64,000 nucleotides of DNA. Origin: Spirochaetia bacterium (GTDB lineage: Bacteria > Spirochaetota > Spirochaetia > CADAEX01). The notes under the pieces are model-generated. The model saw only the letters and a list, made by a program, of their open reading frames with translations. It searched no databases and was not told the origin of the DNA. Where the stretch lies: the NCBI GenBank assembly GCA_963662795.1, contig OY759746.1:3040001-3104000 (forward strand). The letters run 5' to 3'. This document shows positions 33,550-45,402 of this stretch, piece by piece. Each line of letters opens with the position of its first letter. Positions within the stretch are counted from its first letter, which is position 1. The position numbers were made by a program, and so were the translations under genes.

Positions 33550-34373
33550 GCAGTATAGTTTTTTCAACCGGCTTTGTGGATGGAGAGAAAAAGGAATATA
33601 ATTCCGGCCTCCGGAAAAAGCGGCTTTACAATATGCTGCTGGTGCTTTTAGCTGCGCTTGTATTGGTTGAGGTTGCTTTTCAGCTTTATATTGCGCCGGG
33701 GCTTACTATTGATAAAATAGATGTACATTGCTCAGCCACTTTTCCGATCAGTAACAGCGACATTTTGAAACTGGCAGGTCTTGAAGACAGTTTATACTAC
33801 TTTTCAGCCAATACGTCCCAGATCGAAAACACTCTCATGCAGCATCCGCTTATAAGAAGTGTGAAAATTGAAAAACACTTTCCCTCCTCATTATCTATCT
33901 ACATAAACGAGCGGATACCTCTTGCTGTGGCGCTCGTCAATTCGGGAGGCAGAACAATTCCTGTCGCCTTCGATGAGGACGGAGTAATATTCGAAATAGG
34001 AAAATCTGTTTCCAATTATCAACTGCCTGTTGTATCGGGGCTTAAATTTGTCGATCTCAGGCTGGGATTAAGGCTTCCGGAAGAACTTACATCCTATCTT
34101 GCCGAGCTTAAAGTTCTCAGGGAATCAAACCCGCTCCTTTTCGGACAGATTTCAGAGCTTAAATTCATTAACAAACATAAAAATGATTATGAAGTCCTTC
34201 TTTATCCGTCCGACAGCAGCATAAAAGTCCGCACAGGAAGCGGAATTAACGATAGTCTGGTGAAACAAATATTTGTTGTACTTGATATTATAGAAAAAAA
34301 TGGGCTAAAGTCAGAAATGACCGAGCTGGATTTCAGATCCGGTCAGGTTGTATTCAGGATTAAGGAGGGGTGA
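33546..34373 (+). CDS. ftsQ: Cell division protein FtsQ/DivIB
   Basis: TM plus POTRA (PLIRSV.IEKHFP), ER.PLA, DFR. Confidence 0.88.
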   Translation: MSSIVFSTGFVDGEKKEYNSGLRKKRLYNMLLVLLAALVLVEVAFQLYIAPGLTIDKIDVHCSATFPISNSDILKLAGLEDSLYYFSANTSQIENTLMQHPLIRSVKIEKHFPSSLSIYINERIPLAVALVNSGGRTIPVAFDEDGVIFEIGKSVSNYQLPVVSGLKFVDLRLGLRLPEELTSYLAELKVLRESNPLLFGQISELKFINKHKNDYEVLLYPSDSSIKVRTGSGINDSLVKQIFVVLDIIEKNGLKSEMTELDFRSGQVVFRIKEG

Positions 34374-34377
34374 TAGG

Positions 34378-35607
34378 TTGCCTTCTGATAATATTATAGT
34401 CGGACTTGACATCGGAACCACAAAAATTTGCGCCGTTATTGGTGAATATAATGAAAACGGCAGACTCGAAATTACCGGAATAGGCAAAGCTCCTTCAACA
34501 GGGCTCAGACAGGGCGTTGTTATAAATATCGAAGCAACTATGAAGGCTGTGTCAGAAGCAATTGAATCCGCGGAGATGATGTCCGGCCGGGAAGTGTATT
34601 CAGTAGTAACAGGAATCGCAGGAGGCCACATAGAAGGCATTAACTCGCGGGGTGTTGTAGCTGTAGCGGGAAAAGGGAGGGAAATAGCTCCTGAAGATGT
34701 TTCAAGAGTTATTGATGCAGCCAAAGCGATTGTAATTCCAATGGACAGGGAAGTGCTTCATGTCATTCCTCAGGAATTTATTGTTGATGATCAGGGCGGG
34801 ATAAGGGACCCTCTCGGGATGATAGGTATAAGACTGGAATCCGAGGTCCATATCATTACCGGTTCTGTAACTTCTGCCCAGAATCTTATCAAATGTGTAA
34901 ACAGGGCCGGTTTCAGGGTAGACAATATAGTGCTCCAATCCCTTGCTTCTTCAAAATCTGTACTGAGAAATGAAGAAAAAGAGATGGGCGTACTGATGAT
35001 TGATCTCGGGGGCGGAACTACTGATGTTATTGTTAATTATGAAGGCGCCCCGTATCATACAGATGTTGTACCTGTGGGAGGCAAGCAGGTAACCAATGAT
35101 CTTTCAATAGTCCTTAAAATACCGTTTGAAATGGCGGAAAAGGTAAAGCTGGATTCGGGATGCTGCTATGCACCTCTGATTGAAGATGATGAGGATGTAA
35201 TAATCCCGGGAGTCGGCGGATGGCCGGCTGCTCCGATTTCACGGAGTAAAATATGTGATATTATCCAGCCGAGAATTGAAGAAACACTGATGATGGTTAA
35301 AAGGCAGCTTGACAAGAAGAATTATATAAAACTGCTTAACAGCGGTGTTGTTCTGACCGGAGGCGGTTCTTTAATGCCCGGCATGACACAGCTTGCAAGC
35401 GAGATATTCGGGATGCCTGCCAGGATAGGATATCCGACAGGCTGCGGCGGTATGGTAGAAGAGTTCAGGAATCCGATGTATGCGACAGCAGTCGGGCTTG
35501 TAATGTTTACCGACGAATTAAGCGGAAATTTTGACAGAAAAGTTGTTCTGTCAAATGAAAACACTATTGTCGGGAGATTTAAAAACTGGTTCAAAGAATT
35601 TTTTTGA
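34378..35607 (+). CDS. ftsA: Cell division protein FtsA (TTG start)
   Basis: [23 protein letters not shown]-terminal WFKEFF amphipathic helix. Confidence 0.97.
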   Translation: MPSDNIIVGLDIGTTKICAVIGEYNENGRLEITGIGKAPSTGLRQGVVINIEATMKAVSEAIESAEMMSGREVYSVVTGIAGGHIEGINSRGVVAVAGKGREIAPEDVSRVIDAAKAIVIPMDREVLHVIPQEFIVDDQGGIRDPLGMIGIRLESEVHIITGSVTSAQNLIKCVNRAGFRVDNIVLQSLASSKSVLRNEEKEMGVLMIDLGGGTTDVIVNYEGAPYHTDVVPVGGKQVTNDLSIVLKIPFEMAEKVKLDSGCCYAPLIEDDEDVIIPGVGGWPAAPISRSKICDIIQPRIEETLMMVKRQLDKKNYIKLLNSGVVLTGGGSLMPGMTQLASEIFGMPARIGYPTGCGGMVEEFRNPMYATAVGLVMFTDELSGNFDRKVVLSNENTIVGRFKNWFKEFF

Positions 35608-35647
35608 TTTAAGGTTAGTTTTTAAGTGTATTTCACTGGGGGGGGGA

Positions 35648-36826
35648 ATGCAAATCACAGTTGTTGAAGAAAGGAATTATACAAATCCTACTGTTATCAA
35701 AGTTGTCGGCGTAGGCGGCGGTGGGAACAATGCTGTAAACCGGATGATTGAAAGCGGTTTGAGCAATGTTGAATTCATAGCAGTAAATACAGATGTTCAG
35801 GATCTGAACAAAAGCAAGGCAAAAAACAAAATACCTATCGGTACAAAACTCACAAACGGTCTGGGGGCCGGAGGTATACCCGAGATAGGCGAAAAAGCTG
35901 CTGTTGAGGATAAGGAGACAATCAAGAATGTCCTTAAAGGGGCAGATATGGTTTTTATAACTGCCGGAATGGGCGGCGGAACAGGAACCGGCGCCGCACC
36001 TGTAATTGCTTCGATTGCAAAAGAGCTGTCCATACTCACTGTTGCTGTTGTGACAAAGCCTTTTGCTCTTGAGGGGGAGAAAAAGAAAAAACTTGCTGAA
36101 AACGGAATAAAAAATCTCAGGCAGACGGTAGATACCCTTATTACAATCCCGAATGAAAATCTGATGAATATTATTGACAGAAGAACTCCGTTCAAACAGG
36201 CCCTCTTGATTGCTGATGATGTGCTGAGACAGGGTGTTCAGGGTATATCAGACCTTATAACGCGGGAAGGGGACATCAATATCGATTTTGCGGATGTAAA
36301 AACAATAATGAGCGGCAAGGGAGATGCACTCATGGGTATCGGCTCAGGGCGCGGCGAAAACAGGGCAATAGATGCTGCTACAAACGCGATCAACAACCCC
36401 CTGCTGCAGGATGAAAGTATAGAAGGGGCTAAGGGCATCCTTGTGAATGTTACAGGAGGCCCTGATTTCTCACTTTCGGAATTCCATGAAATAATGCAGA
36501 TCATCACTTCAACGGCAGACCGGGATGTACTTACAATAACAGGTACTGTAAATGACGAATCACTTAAGGATGAGATAAGGGTAACTGTTATTGCAACAGG
36601 TTTTAATCCCCATGAAAGCAGAAAAGAGGATGAGAAACCGGCTGCCGCAGTCAAAAGCGAATTCCTCAGCAATAATGAATGGAGCCAGCTGCGCAAAGGT
36701 ATTTTCGGCAGACGGGATGATTTATATCTTACAGGAAGAAATTCCAGCGAATCTGATCTTGATATTCCGACATTTTACCGCGACAGGGAAAGTGAATATG
36801 CCGGAAAAGGAGACAAGATAAAGTGA
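35648..36826 (+). CDS. ftsZ: Cell division protein FtsZ
   Basis: [23 protein letters not shown]-terminal DIPTF. Confidence 0.99.
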   Translation: MQITVVEERNYTNPTVIKVVGVGGGGNNAVNRMIESGLSNVEFIAVNTDVQDLNKSKAKNKIPIGTKLTNGLGAGGIPEIGEKAAVEDKETIKNVLKGADMVFITAGMGGGTGTGAAPVIASIAKELSILTVAVVTKPFALEGEKKKKLAENGIKNLRQTVDTLITIPNENLMNIIDRRTPFKQALLIADDVLRQGVQGISDLITREGDINIDFADVKTIMSGKGDALMGIGSGRGENRAIDAATNAINNPLLQDESIEGAKGILVNVTGGPDFSLSEFHEIMQIITSTADRDVLTITGTVNDESLKDEIRVTVIATGFNPHESRKEDEKPAAAVKSEFLSNNEWSQLRKGIFGRRDDLYLTGRNSSESDLDIPTFYRDRESEYAGKGDKIK

Positions 36827-37743
36827 CTGATCTCCTGCACGGCGATATTCTTAAAAAATATGAGCAATACCTCAAGGCTGAATTGAATCTTTCGGATTCA
36901 ACTTCGTTAATTTATACTTCCGAGGCCGCTCTCTTTATAGAATATCTTGCAGGAACAGGTAAAACACTCCTGAATGCAGAAACGGCTGATATTGAAAATT
37001 ATCTTGTTGAAAGAAAGGAAGGAAAAATAAAATTTCATGAAAATCTTGTAGCTTCGACAGTCAGCAAGCTTGTAAGCAGTATAAGATCTTTATTCAGATT
37101 TCTGCTGCTGGAAGATTTAAGGAATGATAATCCTTCAAGGTATGTAGCGTCCCCCAGAAAAGAAAAAAAGCTCCCCGATTTTCTTTCCGTGGACGACATA
37201 GATACTTTATTAAACAGTATTGATATTAAAACACCTGCAGGAATGAGGGACAGGGCGATTTTTGAACTTATTTATTCATGCGGACTTAGAATATCTGAAG
37301 CCTGTTCACTAAAATGCGGTAATATAATGCATAGCGACAGTGTAATAAAGGTTCTTGGAAAAGGGAACAAGCACCGCATTGTCCCCCTTGGAGAAACTGC
37401 TGAAGTCTGGCTTGCAAGGTATATGGCAGAATCAAGACCCCTTCTTTTGAAAAAGATAAAAACCGACTTTGTTTTTTTAAACAACAGGGGTAAAGGGATA
37501 GGAAGAAAAGGGGTGTGGAAACGATTTAATGAACTTGCTTCCCTCTGCGGAATTGAAAGCCGGGTGCATACACTTCGTCATTCATTCGCTACACACCTTT
37601 TAACCGGAGGAGCGGACCTGCGGTCAGTCCAGGAACTGCTGGGCCACAGTGATATTTCAACTACGCAGGTTTACACCCATTTGACAAGGGATGACCTCAA
37701 AGGCTATCACAGACAGTACCATCCTGAAGGAGAGAGAGTATGA
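36823..37743 (+). CDS. xerD: Tyrosine recombinase, XerD-like
   Basis: [33 protein letters not shown]. Confidence 0.85.
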   Translation: MTDLLHGDILKKYEQYLKAELNLSDSTSLIYTSEAALFIEYLAGTGKTLLNAETADIENYLVERKEGKIKFHENLVASTVSKLVSSIRSLFRFLLLEDLRNDNPSRYVASPRKEKKLPDFLSVDDIDTLLNSIDIKTPAGMRDRAIFELIYSCGLRISEACSLKCGNIMHSDSVIKVLGKGNKHRIVPLGETAEVWLARYMAESRPLLLKKIKTDFVFLNNRGKGIGRKGVWKRFNELASLCGIESRVHTLRHSFATHLLTGGADLRSVQELLGHSDISTTQVYTHLTRDDLKGYHRQYHPEGERV

Positions 37744-38453
37744 AAAAATATATACTTATTTTTCTTGTTATTCTCTCGTCAGGATGCAGTAAAGAAGAAA
37801 AAAATCTCTATGAAAATATAAATGGAATGGATGCTCCATATCTTTCTTCCGGGGAACTTAAAATCCGTGAAAAAGAATTGAAAGAAACAATCAGGGAATA
37901 TAAAGATACTCTTGAGCAGAAAGTTGATGCGGCCAGGAACCTCGGCACATATCACAAAACACTTGGCAAGCTTTATCTTGATAACAGAATGTATCTTCTT
38001 GCCATCGAACAGTTTACTGAAGCAATAAAGATCGACAATGAGAATCCTGTACTGTTTTACTATTCTGCCCTTGCGCATGCAAAATATGCCAAATCAGTGA
38101 TGAGTGAATCGGAAAAGTTTTCATATCTGAAAGAGTCGGAGAAACTGTATCTCCGGACAATTGAACTGAATAATAACTTTCATAAAGCATTATACGCATT
38201 ATCTGTGTTATATGTTTTTGAGCTTGATCAGCCGGATAAAGCTGTGGATTATCTTGAGAGGCTGCTTGAGACACAGAAATCCGACTATGAAGCGATGTTT
38301 CTTCTTGCCAATGCATATATAAGGTTAGGGCTCACTGATATGGCGGCAGAGTTATATGACAATATCATAAAGAATTCAAAAAACAGCACATACAGGGATC
38401 AGGCTGAAAACAATAAAAGACAGCTGATGGATGGTGGTTATGGCGGGTTATAA
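37740..38453 (+). CDS. TPR lipoprotein
   Basis: Lipobox-like SSGC; TPR repeats. Confidence 0.8.
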   Translation: MKKYILIFLVILSSGCSKEEKNLYENINGMDAPYLSSGELKIREKELKETIREYKDTLEQKVDAARNLGTYHKTLGKLYLDNRMYLLAIEQFTEAIKIDNENPVLFYYSALAHAKYAKSVMSESEKFSYLKESEKLYLRTIELNNNFHKALYALSVLYVFELDQPDKAVDYLERLLETQKSDYEAMFLLANAYIRLGLTDMAAELYDNIIKNSKNSTYRDQAENNKRQLMDGGYGGL

Positions 38454-39435
38454 TCTTGTTCCACTTTTTGTTTCAAACCTTAAAGGGTTTAACAGAAATG
38501 AAAAAATCAAACACCTCGAATGGATTGCTGAATCTACTGACCTCAGTGCGGCAGGCGAGTCTGATCTTTTCAAAATAGCTTCATCATTTTTTGCGTTTTC
38601 CAGGCTGGAAACAGAAAAAAGGGTCGATGAAACTCTGATGATTGCCGGAATGTGTGAAAAACAGGACATTGATCTAATTTCAATATATGACGCATCTTAT
38701 CCGTCTCTTTTAAAGGAAATATACGATCCCCCGATTATTATCTATGCAAAGGGGCCCCTGCCTGATCCTGACAGTTTCAATATTTCTGTAGTGGGGACAC
38801 GGCATGCCACAGGGCGGGCTTTAAGGGCGTCATTTGAAACAGGTTTTTATCTTTCGTCATCCGGAATCAATGTAGTATCCGGGCTTGCAATGGGTATTGA
38901 TGCGGAATCTCACAAGGGAAGCATAAAATCAGGCGGAAGGACGACTGCTGTTCTCGGATGCGGAGTTGACAAGGTTTATCCCGTCTGCAACAAAAGAGTG
39001 GCACAGGGAATAATTCAGCATGGCGGCTGCATTTTAAGCGAATACCCGCCTGGAACCGAACCTCTGAAATACCATTTTCCCGAGCGAAACAGGATCATAA
39101 GCGGCCTGTCTGCCGGAACTGTAATTATTGAAGCTCCTTTAAAATCCGGAGCCCTTATTACGGCAGATTATGCGCTTGAACACAACCGTGACATATTTAT
39201 CCACAGCGCGGGGCTTTTTTCACAGCGCGGCAGGGGCGGAGGACTCCTTGCTGAGGACGGCGCCGCTGTTTTTGATCAGCCTTCTTTTATTACTGATTAT
39301 TACGGAATTGAATCGGAACCGGATTATAAAACCGAGAACTATTATTTTGGCAGTCCCGGGACTGTAGAAGATGAAATAAATGATCTGATCGTAAATTACA
39401 AGGGAGTCTTGTACAGGAGAACAATTAATGCCTAA
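38440..39435 (+). CDS. dprA: DNA-processing protein DprA/Smf
   Basis: YP.LL.EIYDPP, VGTR, VSGLA.GID, FPERNRIISGL, SGALIT. Confidence 0.95.
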   Translation: MAGYNLVPLFVSNLKGFNRNEKIKHLEWIAESTDLSAAGESDLFKIASSFFAFSRLETEKRVDETLMIAGMCEKQDIDLISIYDASYPSLLKEIYDPPIIIYAKGPLPDPDSFNISVVGTRHATGRALRASFETGFYLSSSGINVVSGLAMGIDAESHKGSIKSGGRTTAVLGCGVDKVYPVCNKRVAQGIIQHGGCILSEYPPGTEPLKYHFPERNRIISGLSAGTVIIEAPLKSGALITADYALEHNRDIFIHSAGLFSQRGRGGGLLAEDGAAVFDQPSFITDYYGIESEPDYKTENYYFGSPGTVEDEINDLIVNYKGVLYRRTINA

Positions 39436-41539
39436 AACAGCAGCGGAACAGAATAAAAAAAATACAACACTTCTGATAGTGGAATCACCCGCAAAAGCAA
39501 AAACTATCGAACGTTATCTTGGAAAAGGCTACTCTGTGGCTGCTTCTATCGGCCATCTGATCGATCTGCCGAAATCGAGAATGGCCATTGATATTGATAA
39601 GGACTTTGAGCCGGAATATATTACAGTAAGGGGAAAAGCAAAAATACTTAAAGAGCTTTCCCAGAAAGCGTCGAAAGTAGATCACATACTGCTTGCATCG
39701 GATAACGACAGGGAAGGGGAGGCAATCTCCTTCCATCTTAAATCATTTCTTGAGAAAAAGAATACAAAGGCAAAGATTGAGAGAATAATTTTTAACGAAA
39801 TTACACCCGCTGCAATCAGGGAGGCTATCCTGAAGCCTCTGGAAATTGATTCCGGAAAAGTCAATGCCCAGAAAGCACGAAGGGTTCTTGACAGAATAGT
39901 CGGGTACCGGCTTTCTCCGCTCCTTTGGAAAAAGGTTAAGAACGGCCTTTCTGCCGGAAGGGTGCAGTCTGTCGCTTTGAGGCTTATATGCGAAAGGGAG
40001 AAAGAGGTTGAAGACTTTACCCCTGAGGAATACTGGACTCTTGAAGCTGAACTCAAAAAAGACAAGCACCATTTTACAGCTCAGCTGGTACAGTTTGCCG
40101 GCGCAAAACCTGTTTTATCTGACAGCAAGTCTGTAGAACTGCTCAAGGAAAAACTTTCCGGCAAAGATTTTATTGTCCGTGAAATAAAGAAAACAGAGAA
40201 GAAAAGCCAGCCCAGAGCGCCCTATACAACCTCAAAACTGCAGCAGGATTCTGCCAACAGACTCGGGTTTACATCAAGGAAAACCATGCAGATTGCCCAG
40301 CAGCTTTATGAGGGGATAAATATAGGGTCAGGCCGTGTCGGTCTTATAACATACATGAGAACAGACTCAACCCGTATTTCAATTCAGGCATTGACAGAGG
40401 CCAGACAGTTTATAGGCGAAAATTATCCTGATGATCTTCCTGAAAATCCCATAAACTATTCTCCCGCTAAAAGGTCTCAGGATGCCCATGAAGCGATAAG
40501 ACCTACATATTCTTCATATACGCCGGATTATGTAAAAGAATATCTTACAAAAGATCAGCTCAGACTCTATACCCTGATATGGGAACGGTTTATTTCTTCA
40601 CAGATGAAGAATTCAGTTTCAGAAACCACAACCGCGGACATTGAATGCGGAGACGCACTTTTCCGCGCAAGCATGACCAGGGTAAAGGAAAAAGGATATC
40701 AGAAGGTATTGAAAATCCTTGCGAACAAGGAAAAATCTGAAAAAATACCTGAACTTAAGCATGGCGATTTTCTTGTTCTCTCTGAATACAAATCGGAGCA
40801 GCATTTTACCCAGGGGCCATCGCGGTTTACAGACGCGAGTATTGTAAAAATGCTTGAAGAAAAGGAAATTGGAAGACCTTCAACCTATGCTCCCATAATT
40901 TCCCTTCTCCTTGACCGCCATTATGTATCAAGGAAAAACCGGCAGCTTGTTCCGACACAGCTTGGAAAAATTATTTATGAATTACTTGTCAATTCGTTTA
41001 ACGATATTCTTGATGTCAATTTTACGGCTGAAATGGAAAGAAAGCTTGATGATGTTGAAATAAACAATGAAAATTGGGTCGGCATGATACGGAATTTTTA
41101 TAAACCATTCAACGAAAAAGTTGATCATGTAATGGAAACCCTTGAATCGATCAAGGGAGCTCTTGATGAAAAAACCGATTATGTCTGTGAAAATTGCGGA
41201 AAACCTATGGTGAAAAAACTTGGTCGCTTCGGGTATTTCCTTGCCTGCTCAGGTTTTCCTGAATGTAAAAATACAAAATCAGTACCTCTTGCAGAGTGCC
41301 CGAGGCCGGGATGTGATGGAATGATAGTGGCAAGAAAAAAACAGGGCGGGAAAAGCAAGGAATTCTACGGCTGTACAAATTATCCTGAATGCGATTTTAT
41401 CAGCCACAGCAAGCCGACATCCAAGAAATGCCCTGTATGCGGATATTTTATGGTTGAAAAATACGATAAGGCAAGGGGAACATATTATTCCTGCAGCAAT
41501 CACGAGTGCAAAAATTCAATGGAAGCGGAGGAAGAGTGA
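39428..41539 (+). CDS. topA: DNA topoisomerase I
   Basis: IVESPAK, D.DREGE, SAGRVQS, ITYMRTD, C-terminal Zn ribbons. Confidence 0.98.
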   Translation: MPKTAAEQNKKNTTLLIVESPAKAKTIERYLGKGYSVAASIGHLIDLPKSRMAIDIDKDFEPEYITVRGKAKILKELSQKASKVDHILLASDNDREGEAISFHLKSFLEKKNTKAKIERIIFNEITPAAIREAILKPLEIDSGKVNAQKARRVLDRIVGYRLSPLLWKKVKNGLSAGRVQSVALRLICEREKEVEDFTPEEYWTLEAELKKDKHHFTAQLVQFAGAKPVLSDSKSVELLKEKLSGKDFIVREIKKTEKKSQPRAPYTTSKLQQDSANRLGFTSRKTMQIAQQLYEGINIGSGRVGLITYMRTDSTRISIQALTEARQFIGENYPDDLPENPINYSPAKRSQDAHEAIRPTYSSYTPDYVKEYLTKDQLRLYTLIWERFISSQMKNSVSETTTADIECGDALFRASMTRVKEKGYQKVLKILANKEKSEKIPELKHGDFLVLSEYKSEQHFTQGPSRFTDASIVKMLEEKEIGRPSTYAPIISLLLDRHYVSRKNRQLVPTQLGKIIYELLVNSFNDILDVNFTAEMERKLDDVEINNENWVGMIRNFYKPFNEKVDHVMETLESIKGALDEKTDYVCENCGKPMVKKLGRFGYFLACSGFPECKNTKSVPLAECPRPGCDGMIVARKKQGGKSKEFYGCTNYPECDFISHSKPTSKKCPVCGYFMVEKYDKARGTYYSCSNHECKNSMEAEEE

Positions 41540-42459
41540 TTAAAAGATTTTTAGGTTACCTTAAAAGTTTAAAAAATCTTTCTCCGGCAACACTCAAGGC
41601 CTATGAAAACGACCTTCATCAGTTCGAAGAATACATGAAAGGGGAAGGGCTTGATATAGCACTCCCCGAAAAGAACACAGGGCGCTCCTATATTGCCTTT
41701 TTAAGGGACTCAGGGTTAAAGCCTGTGTCAATCAACAGAAAAATAACTTCCGCAAGGGTTTTTTACGATTTTGCCGTTCAAAACAGCCTTTCTCCGGTAA
41801 ATCCCTTTGAAAGGGTCCGGAGCATGAAAAAGGAAACTATTCTGCCTGAATATCTTCAGTATTCTGAAATCAATCAGATGCACTCAAGCGCGGAAAACAT
41901 GAAATCGGATGATTTTACGAAAAAGAGGAATATAGCTCTTCTTGATTTCCTCTATTCTACAGGATGCCGGGTTTCGGAAGCAGCCGGACTTGATACGGAA
42001 AAGGTTGATCTTGCCATGAGCAGCGCAAGGGTAAGGGGAAAGGGAAGCAAGGAGAGGATAGTATATCTCGGAGGAAAATCACTTGCCTCAATGAAGGATT
42101 ATCTTGCAGGGCTTGATTATTTTGAGGATTTTAAAAAGCTCAAACTGAAAAAAAATCTCCCTGTTTTTTTAAACAGGTCGGGAAAAAGAATTACAGAGAG
42201 AGGGATATTCTACCTGCTGGATAAAATAGCTGACAACGGATTTATTCAGAAAAAGATTTCGCCCCATGTCTACAGGCACTCGTTTGCGACGCATATGATA
42301 ACGGAAGGGGCGGATATAAGATACGTGCAGGAGATGCTTGGCCATGAAAGCCTTTCAACTACACAGGTTTATACTCATGTGGGGATAGGGCGGCTTAAAA
42401 ATGTCTATAGAGAAGCTCATCCGCACGGGAAACGGGATAATAAGAATGAAGGAAAATGA
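41536..42459 (+). CDS. xerC: Tyrosine recombinase, XerC-like
   Basis: [36 protein letters not shown]; topA-xerC-hslVU synteny. Confidence 0.85.
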   Translation: MIKRFLGYLKSLKNLSPATLKAYENDLHQFEEYMKGEGLDIALPEKNTGRSYIAFLRDSGLKPVSINRKITSARVFYDFAVQNSLSPVNPFERVRSMKKETILPEYLQYSEINQMHSSAENMKSDDFTKKRNIALLDFLYSTGCRVSEAAGLDTEKVDLAMSSARVRGKGSKERIVYLGGKSLASMKDYLAGLDYFEDFKKLKLKKNLPVFLNRSGKRITERGIFYLLDKIADNGFIQKKISPHVYRHSFATHMITEGADIRYVQEMLGHESLSTTQVYTHVGIGRLKNVYREAHPHGKRDNKNEGK

Positions 42460-42475
42460 AGGAGTTTTTTATAAT

Positions 42476-43006
42476 ATGGAATTCAGGGGAACGACAGTAC
42501 TTGCTGTAAAAAAGAATGAAAATGTTGCAATGGCAGCCGACGGCCAGGTAACTCTTGGAAACACAGTAATGAAGGGCAATGCCAAAAAAGTCAGAAAAAT
42601 TTATGACGGCAAAATTATTGTCGGCTTTGCAGGAGCTACTGCGGACGCGTTTACCCTTTTTGAGCGGTTTGAAACGAGGGTTAAGGAATATAACGGCGAC
42701 ATTACAAGGGCGGCGGTTGAACTTGCGAAAGACTGGAGAATGGACAGGGCTTTACGCCGACTAGAAGCCATGCTGCTTGTTGCGGACAAAAACAAGATAC
42801 TTTTAATATCCGGCACAGGAGATGTAATAGAGCCTGAAGAAGGGGTAATCGGGATAGGTTCAGGCGGCAGTTTCGCGTATTCAGCCGCGCTGGCATATAT
42901 GGATTCAGCGGACCTGCCTGCAGGAGAAATAGCGCTTAAATCCCTTAAAATTGCATCAAAAATATGTATTTACACGAATGATAATTTTGTAATGGAGGAA
43001 ATATAA
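42476..43006 (+). CDS. hslV: ATP-dependent protease subunit HslV
   Basis: TTVL, DGQVT, GFAG.TAD, IGSGG. Confidence 0.97.
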   Translation: MEFRGTTVLAVKKNENVAMAADGQVTLGNTVMKGNAKKVRKIYDGKIIVGFAGATADAFTLFERFETRVKEYNGDITRAAVELAKDWRMDRALRRLEAMLLVADKNKILLISGTGDVIEPEEGVIGIGSGGSFAYSAALAYMDSADLPAGEIALKSLKIASKICIYTNDNFVMEEI

Positions 43007-44451
43007 TGCTTGAGCTGGATAAACTTGCACCCAAACAGATAGTAGCAGAACTTGACAAGTTTATAATTGGTCAGAACAAGGCAAAGAAAGCTGTCGCCAT
43101 AGCGCTCAGAAACAGGGTGAGGCGGCAAAAGCTTGATGAATCTATGAGGGATGAGGTTGCTCCCAAAAATATAATTATGATAGGCCCTACCGGAGTCGGC
43201 AAAACAGAAATAGCAAGAAGGCTTTCAAAACTGTGCGGCGCACCGTTTGTAAAGGTTGAGGCTACAAAATATACGGAAGTCGGTTACGTCGGACGCGATG
43301 TTGAATCAATGGTAAGGGACCTTATGAATGTTTCCGTAAACATGGTAAAGGCAGAGATGCGGGAACAGGTCCTAAAGGAAGCAGAGGCAAGGACAGAAGA
43401 GATAATTCTTGACATACTGCTTCCCGGGATTAAAAAAGAAGCAAGATCAGCCCCTCAGTCGGAAATGCAGCCATCAGGAATACAGACTGTGCAGCAAAGC
43501 CAGGTTTTTCCAGAACAGGCACTTACGTCCCTGCCTGATCAGGCAGCGTCTTCAGCCGCTGGTGACAAAAGCTCTATCGCAAGGGAAAAATTCAGAATCA
43601 TGCTTAGAAGCGGAAAGCTTGAGGATAAAGAGATTGAAGTCAATGTCAATAAAAAAAGTGCGCCTGCCCTGGAAATATTTTCCGGGACAAGCCTTGAGGA
43701 TATGGATTTGAATCTGGGTGGGTTTTCAGGATTGCTCGGCGGAGGCAGGAAGAAAAAAAGAAAGATGGCTGTCAGCGACGCAAGGGATGTTATTCTTAAT
43801 GATGAAATTGACAGGCTGATTGACACGGATAAAGCTTCCGATATTGCGCGTAACCGTGTGCAGGAAATGGGGATTATTTTTATTGACGAGATTGACAAGG
43901 TCGCAGGCAAGGAAAACAGGAGCGGCGCCGATGTTTCCCGCGAAGGTGTCCAGAGAGATATCCTTCCTATAGTTGAGGGAAGCAAAGTCAATACAAAATA
44001 CGGGATGATTGATACTTCACATATCCTTTTCATCGCTGCCGGGGCTTTTCACATGAGCAAACCTTCAGATCTTATTCCTGAACTTCAGGGAAGATTTCCA
44101 ATACGGGTTGAACTTGAGGCTCTCGGAGCTTCAGAATTTGAGAAAATTCTTACTCAGCCGGAAAACGCCCTTATAAAACAGTATATTGAGCTGATGAAAA
44201 CTGAAGAGGTGAAACTTGAATTTACAGAAGATGCAGTAAAGAGGATCTCTTTTCTTGCGCAGGAAGTTAATTCAAGGACAGAAAATATCGGGGCGAGAAG
44301 GCTCCATACAATAATGGAATATCTTCTTGAGGATGTTTCCTTCGAGGCAAACGATCTGGCAGGACAGACAATCACAATAACGCCATCCTATATAGATGAA
44401 AAACTCGGCAGTATTATTGTGGACCAGGATCTGAGCAGGTATATATTGTGA
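43006..44451 (+). CDS. hslU: ATP-dependent protease ATPase HslU
   Basis: GPTGVGKT, GYVG, DEIDK, ELQGRFPIRVE, DLSRYIL. Confidence 0.98.
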   Translation: MLELDKLAPKQIVAELDKFIIGQNKAKKAVAIALRNRVRRQKLDESMRDEVAPKNIIMIGPTGVGKTEIARRLSKLCGAPFVKVEATKYTEVGYVGRDVESMVRDLMNVSVNMVKAEMREQVLKEAEARTEEIILDILLPGIKKEARSAPQSEMQPSGIQTVQQSQVFPEQALTSLPDQAASSAAGDKSSIAREKFRIMLRSGKLEDKEIEVNVNKKSAPALEIFSGTSLEDMDLNLGGFSGLLGGGRKKKRKMAVSDARDVILNDEIDRLIDTDKASDIARNRVQEMGIIFIDEIDKVAGKENRSGADVSREGVQRDILPIVEGSKVNTKYGMIDTSHILFIAAGAFHMSKPSDLIPELQGRFPIRVELEALGASEFEKILTQPENALIKQYIELMKTEEVKLEFTEDAVKRISFLAQEVNSRTENIGARRLHTIMEYLLEDVSFEANDLAGQTITITPSYIDEKLGSIIVDQDLSRYIL

Positions 44452-44460
44452 AAAAAGTTA

Positions 44461-44484
44461 TCAAGTGCTCTGAAATTCCGATAT
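44461..44484 (+). promoter_or_regulatory. Possible sigma28-like promoter of flgB
   Basis: -10 TCCGATAT matches; the TCAAG -35 spacing is non-canonical. Confidence 0.35.
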
Positions 44485-44514
44485 TTATAGAAAGGTTTAT
44501 TTCAGGAGAGAATA

Positions 44515-44931
44515 ATGTTTGCGAATAACAGTTACGGAAGGGTTGTTGATATTCTTCACAGGACAATGGATGTTTCAATGCTGAGGAGATCTGTAATCGC
44601 GGATAACCTGGCAAACTCGGATACGCCAAATTTCAAGAGAAGCAATGTCAATTTTGAAGCCCAGCTTAAAAGGGCTTTTGATTCACAGGCCAAACCTGCA
44701 CTGGAAGCAAAAATGACTGACAAAAGGCATATTCCTTTTTATCAGCCTGTTGACTACAGGTCTGTAGGACCAAGAAAGGTACTTGACTACCTTTCACAGT
44801 CTAAAAACAACGGCAACAACGTGGATGTTGAGGAAGAAATGATGCTTTCCCTGAAAAATCAGCTCAATTATCAGCTGCTGACACAGGCTGTATCAAACCA
44901 GTTTAACCAGATCAATATGGTTCTGAGATAG
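44515..44931 (+). CDS. flgB: Flagellar rod protein FlgB
   Basis: NLANSDTPNFK, NGNNVD. Confidence 0.96.
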   Translation: MFANNSYGRVVDILHRTMDVSMLRRSVIADNLANSDTPNFKRSNVNFEAQLKRAFDSQAKPALEAKMTDKRHIPFYQPVDYRSVGPRKVLDYLSQSKNNGNNVDVEEEMMLSLKNQLNYQLLTQAVSNQFNQINMVLR

Positions 44932-44940
44932 GAGAATTAA

Positions 44941-45399
44941 ATGGGAATTTTTACAAATATAAATACAGCGGCATCCGGACTTACTGCACAGCGGCTGAGG
45001 CTTGATGTTATTTCTGATAATATTGCCAATGCAAATACTACCAGAACTTCAGAAGGGGGCCCGTTCAGAAGAAGCAGGGTTGTTTTCAGGCCGAGGGTTT
45101 CACAGCCTTACTGGAAAAGCCCGTTTCTCCCTTCTTTTCTTGATAACGGAATAGGCCAGGGGGTGCGTGTCGCCAAAATCGAGAAAGATATGGATGAAAA
45201 ACCGCGTCTTGTCTATGATCCGACACACCCGGATGCAATAAAAACCGGGCCTAGGGCCGGATATGTTGAGTATCCAAACATGAATATAGTAAACGAAATG
45301 GTAGACATGATTTCCGCTACCCGTTCCTACGAAGCAAATATTGCTATGGTTAACGGATCGAAAAGCATGTTTTTAAAAGCTCTTGAGATTGGGAGGTAA
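44941..45399 (+). CDS. flgC: Flagellar rod protein FlgC
   Basis: NIANANTT, YDPTHPDA, RSYEAN. Confidence 0.97.
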   Translation: MGIFTNINTAASGLTAQRLRLDVISDNIANANTTRTSEGGPFRRSRVVFRPRVSQPYWKSPFLPSFLDNGIGQGVRVAKIEKDMDEKPRLVYDPTHPDAIKTGPRAGYVEYPNMNIVNEMVDMISATRSYEANIAMVNGSKSMFLKALEIGR

Positions 45400-45402
45400 T
45401 AG

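Noticed and set aside
28245-36826. dcw cluster lacks ftsI, murE, murD, murG and murC
   Set aside because: A reduced dcw cluster is usual in spirochaetes; the genes probably lie elsewhere.
36823-42459. Two tyrosine recombinases as borders of a mobile element
   Set aside because: They are XerC/XerD-like, translationally coupled to core genes, with no att repeats or cargo.
43430-43580. Gln/Ser/Ala-rich insertion in HslU
   Set aside because: Falls in the normally variable, disordered I-domain segment.
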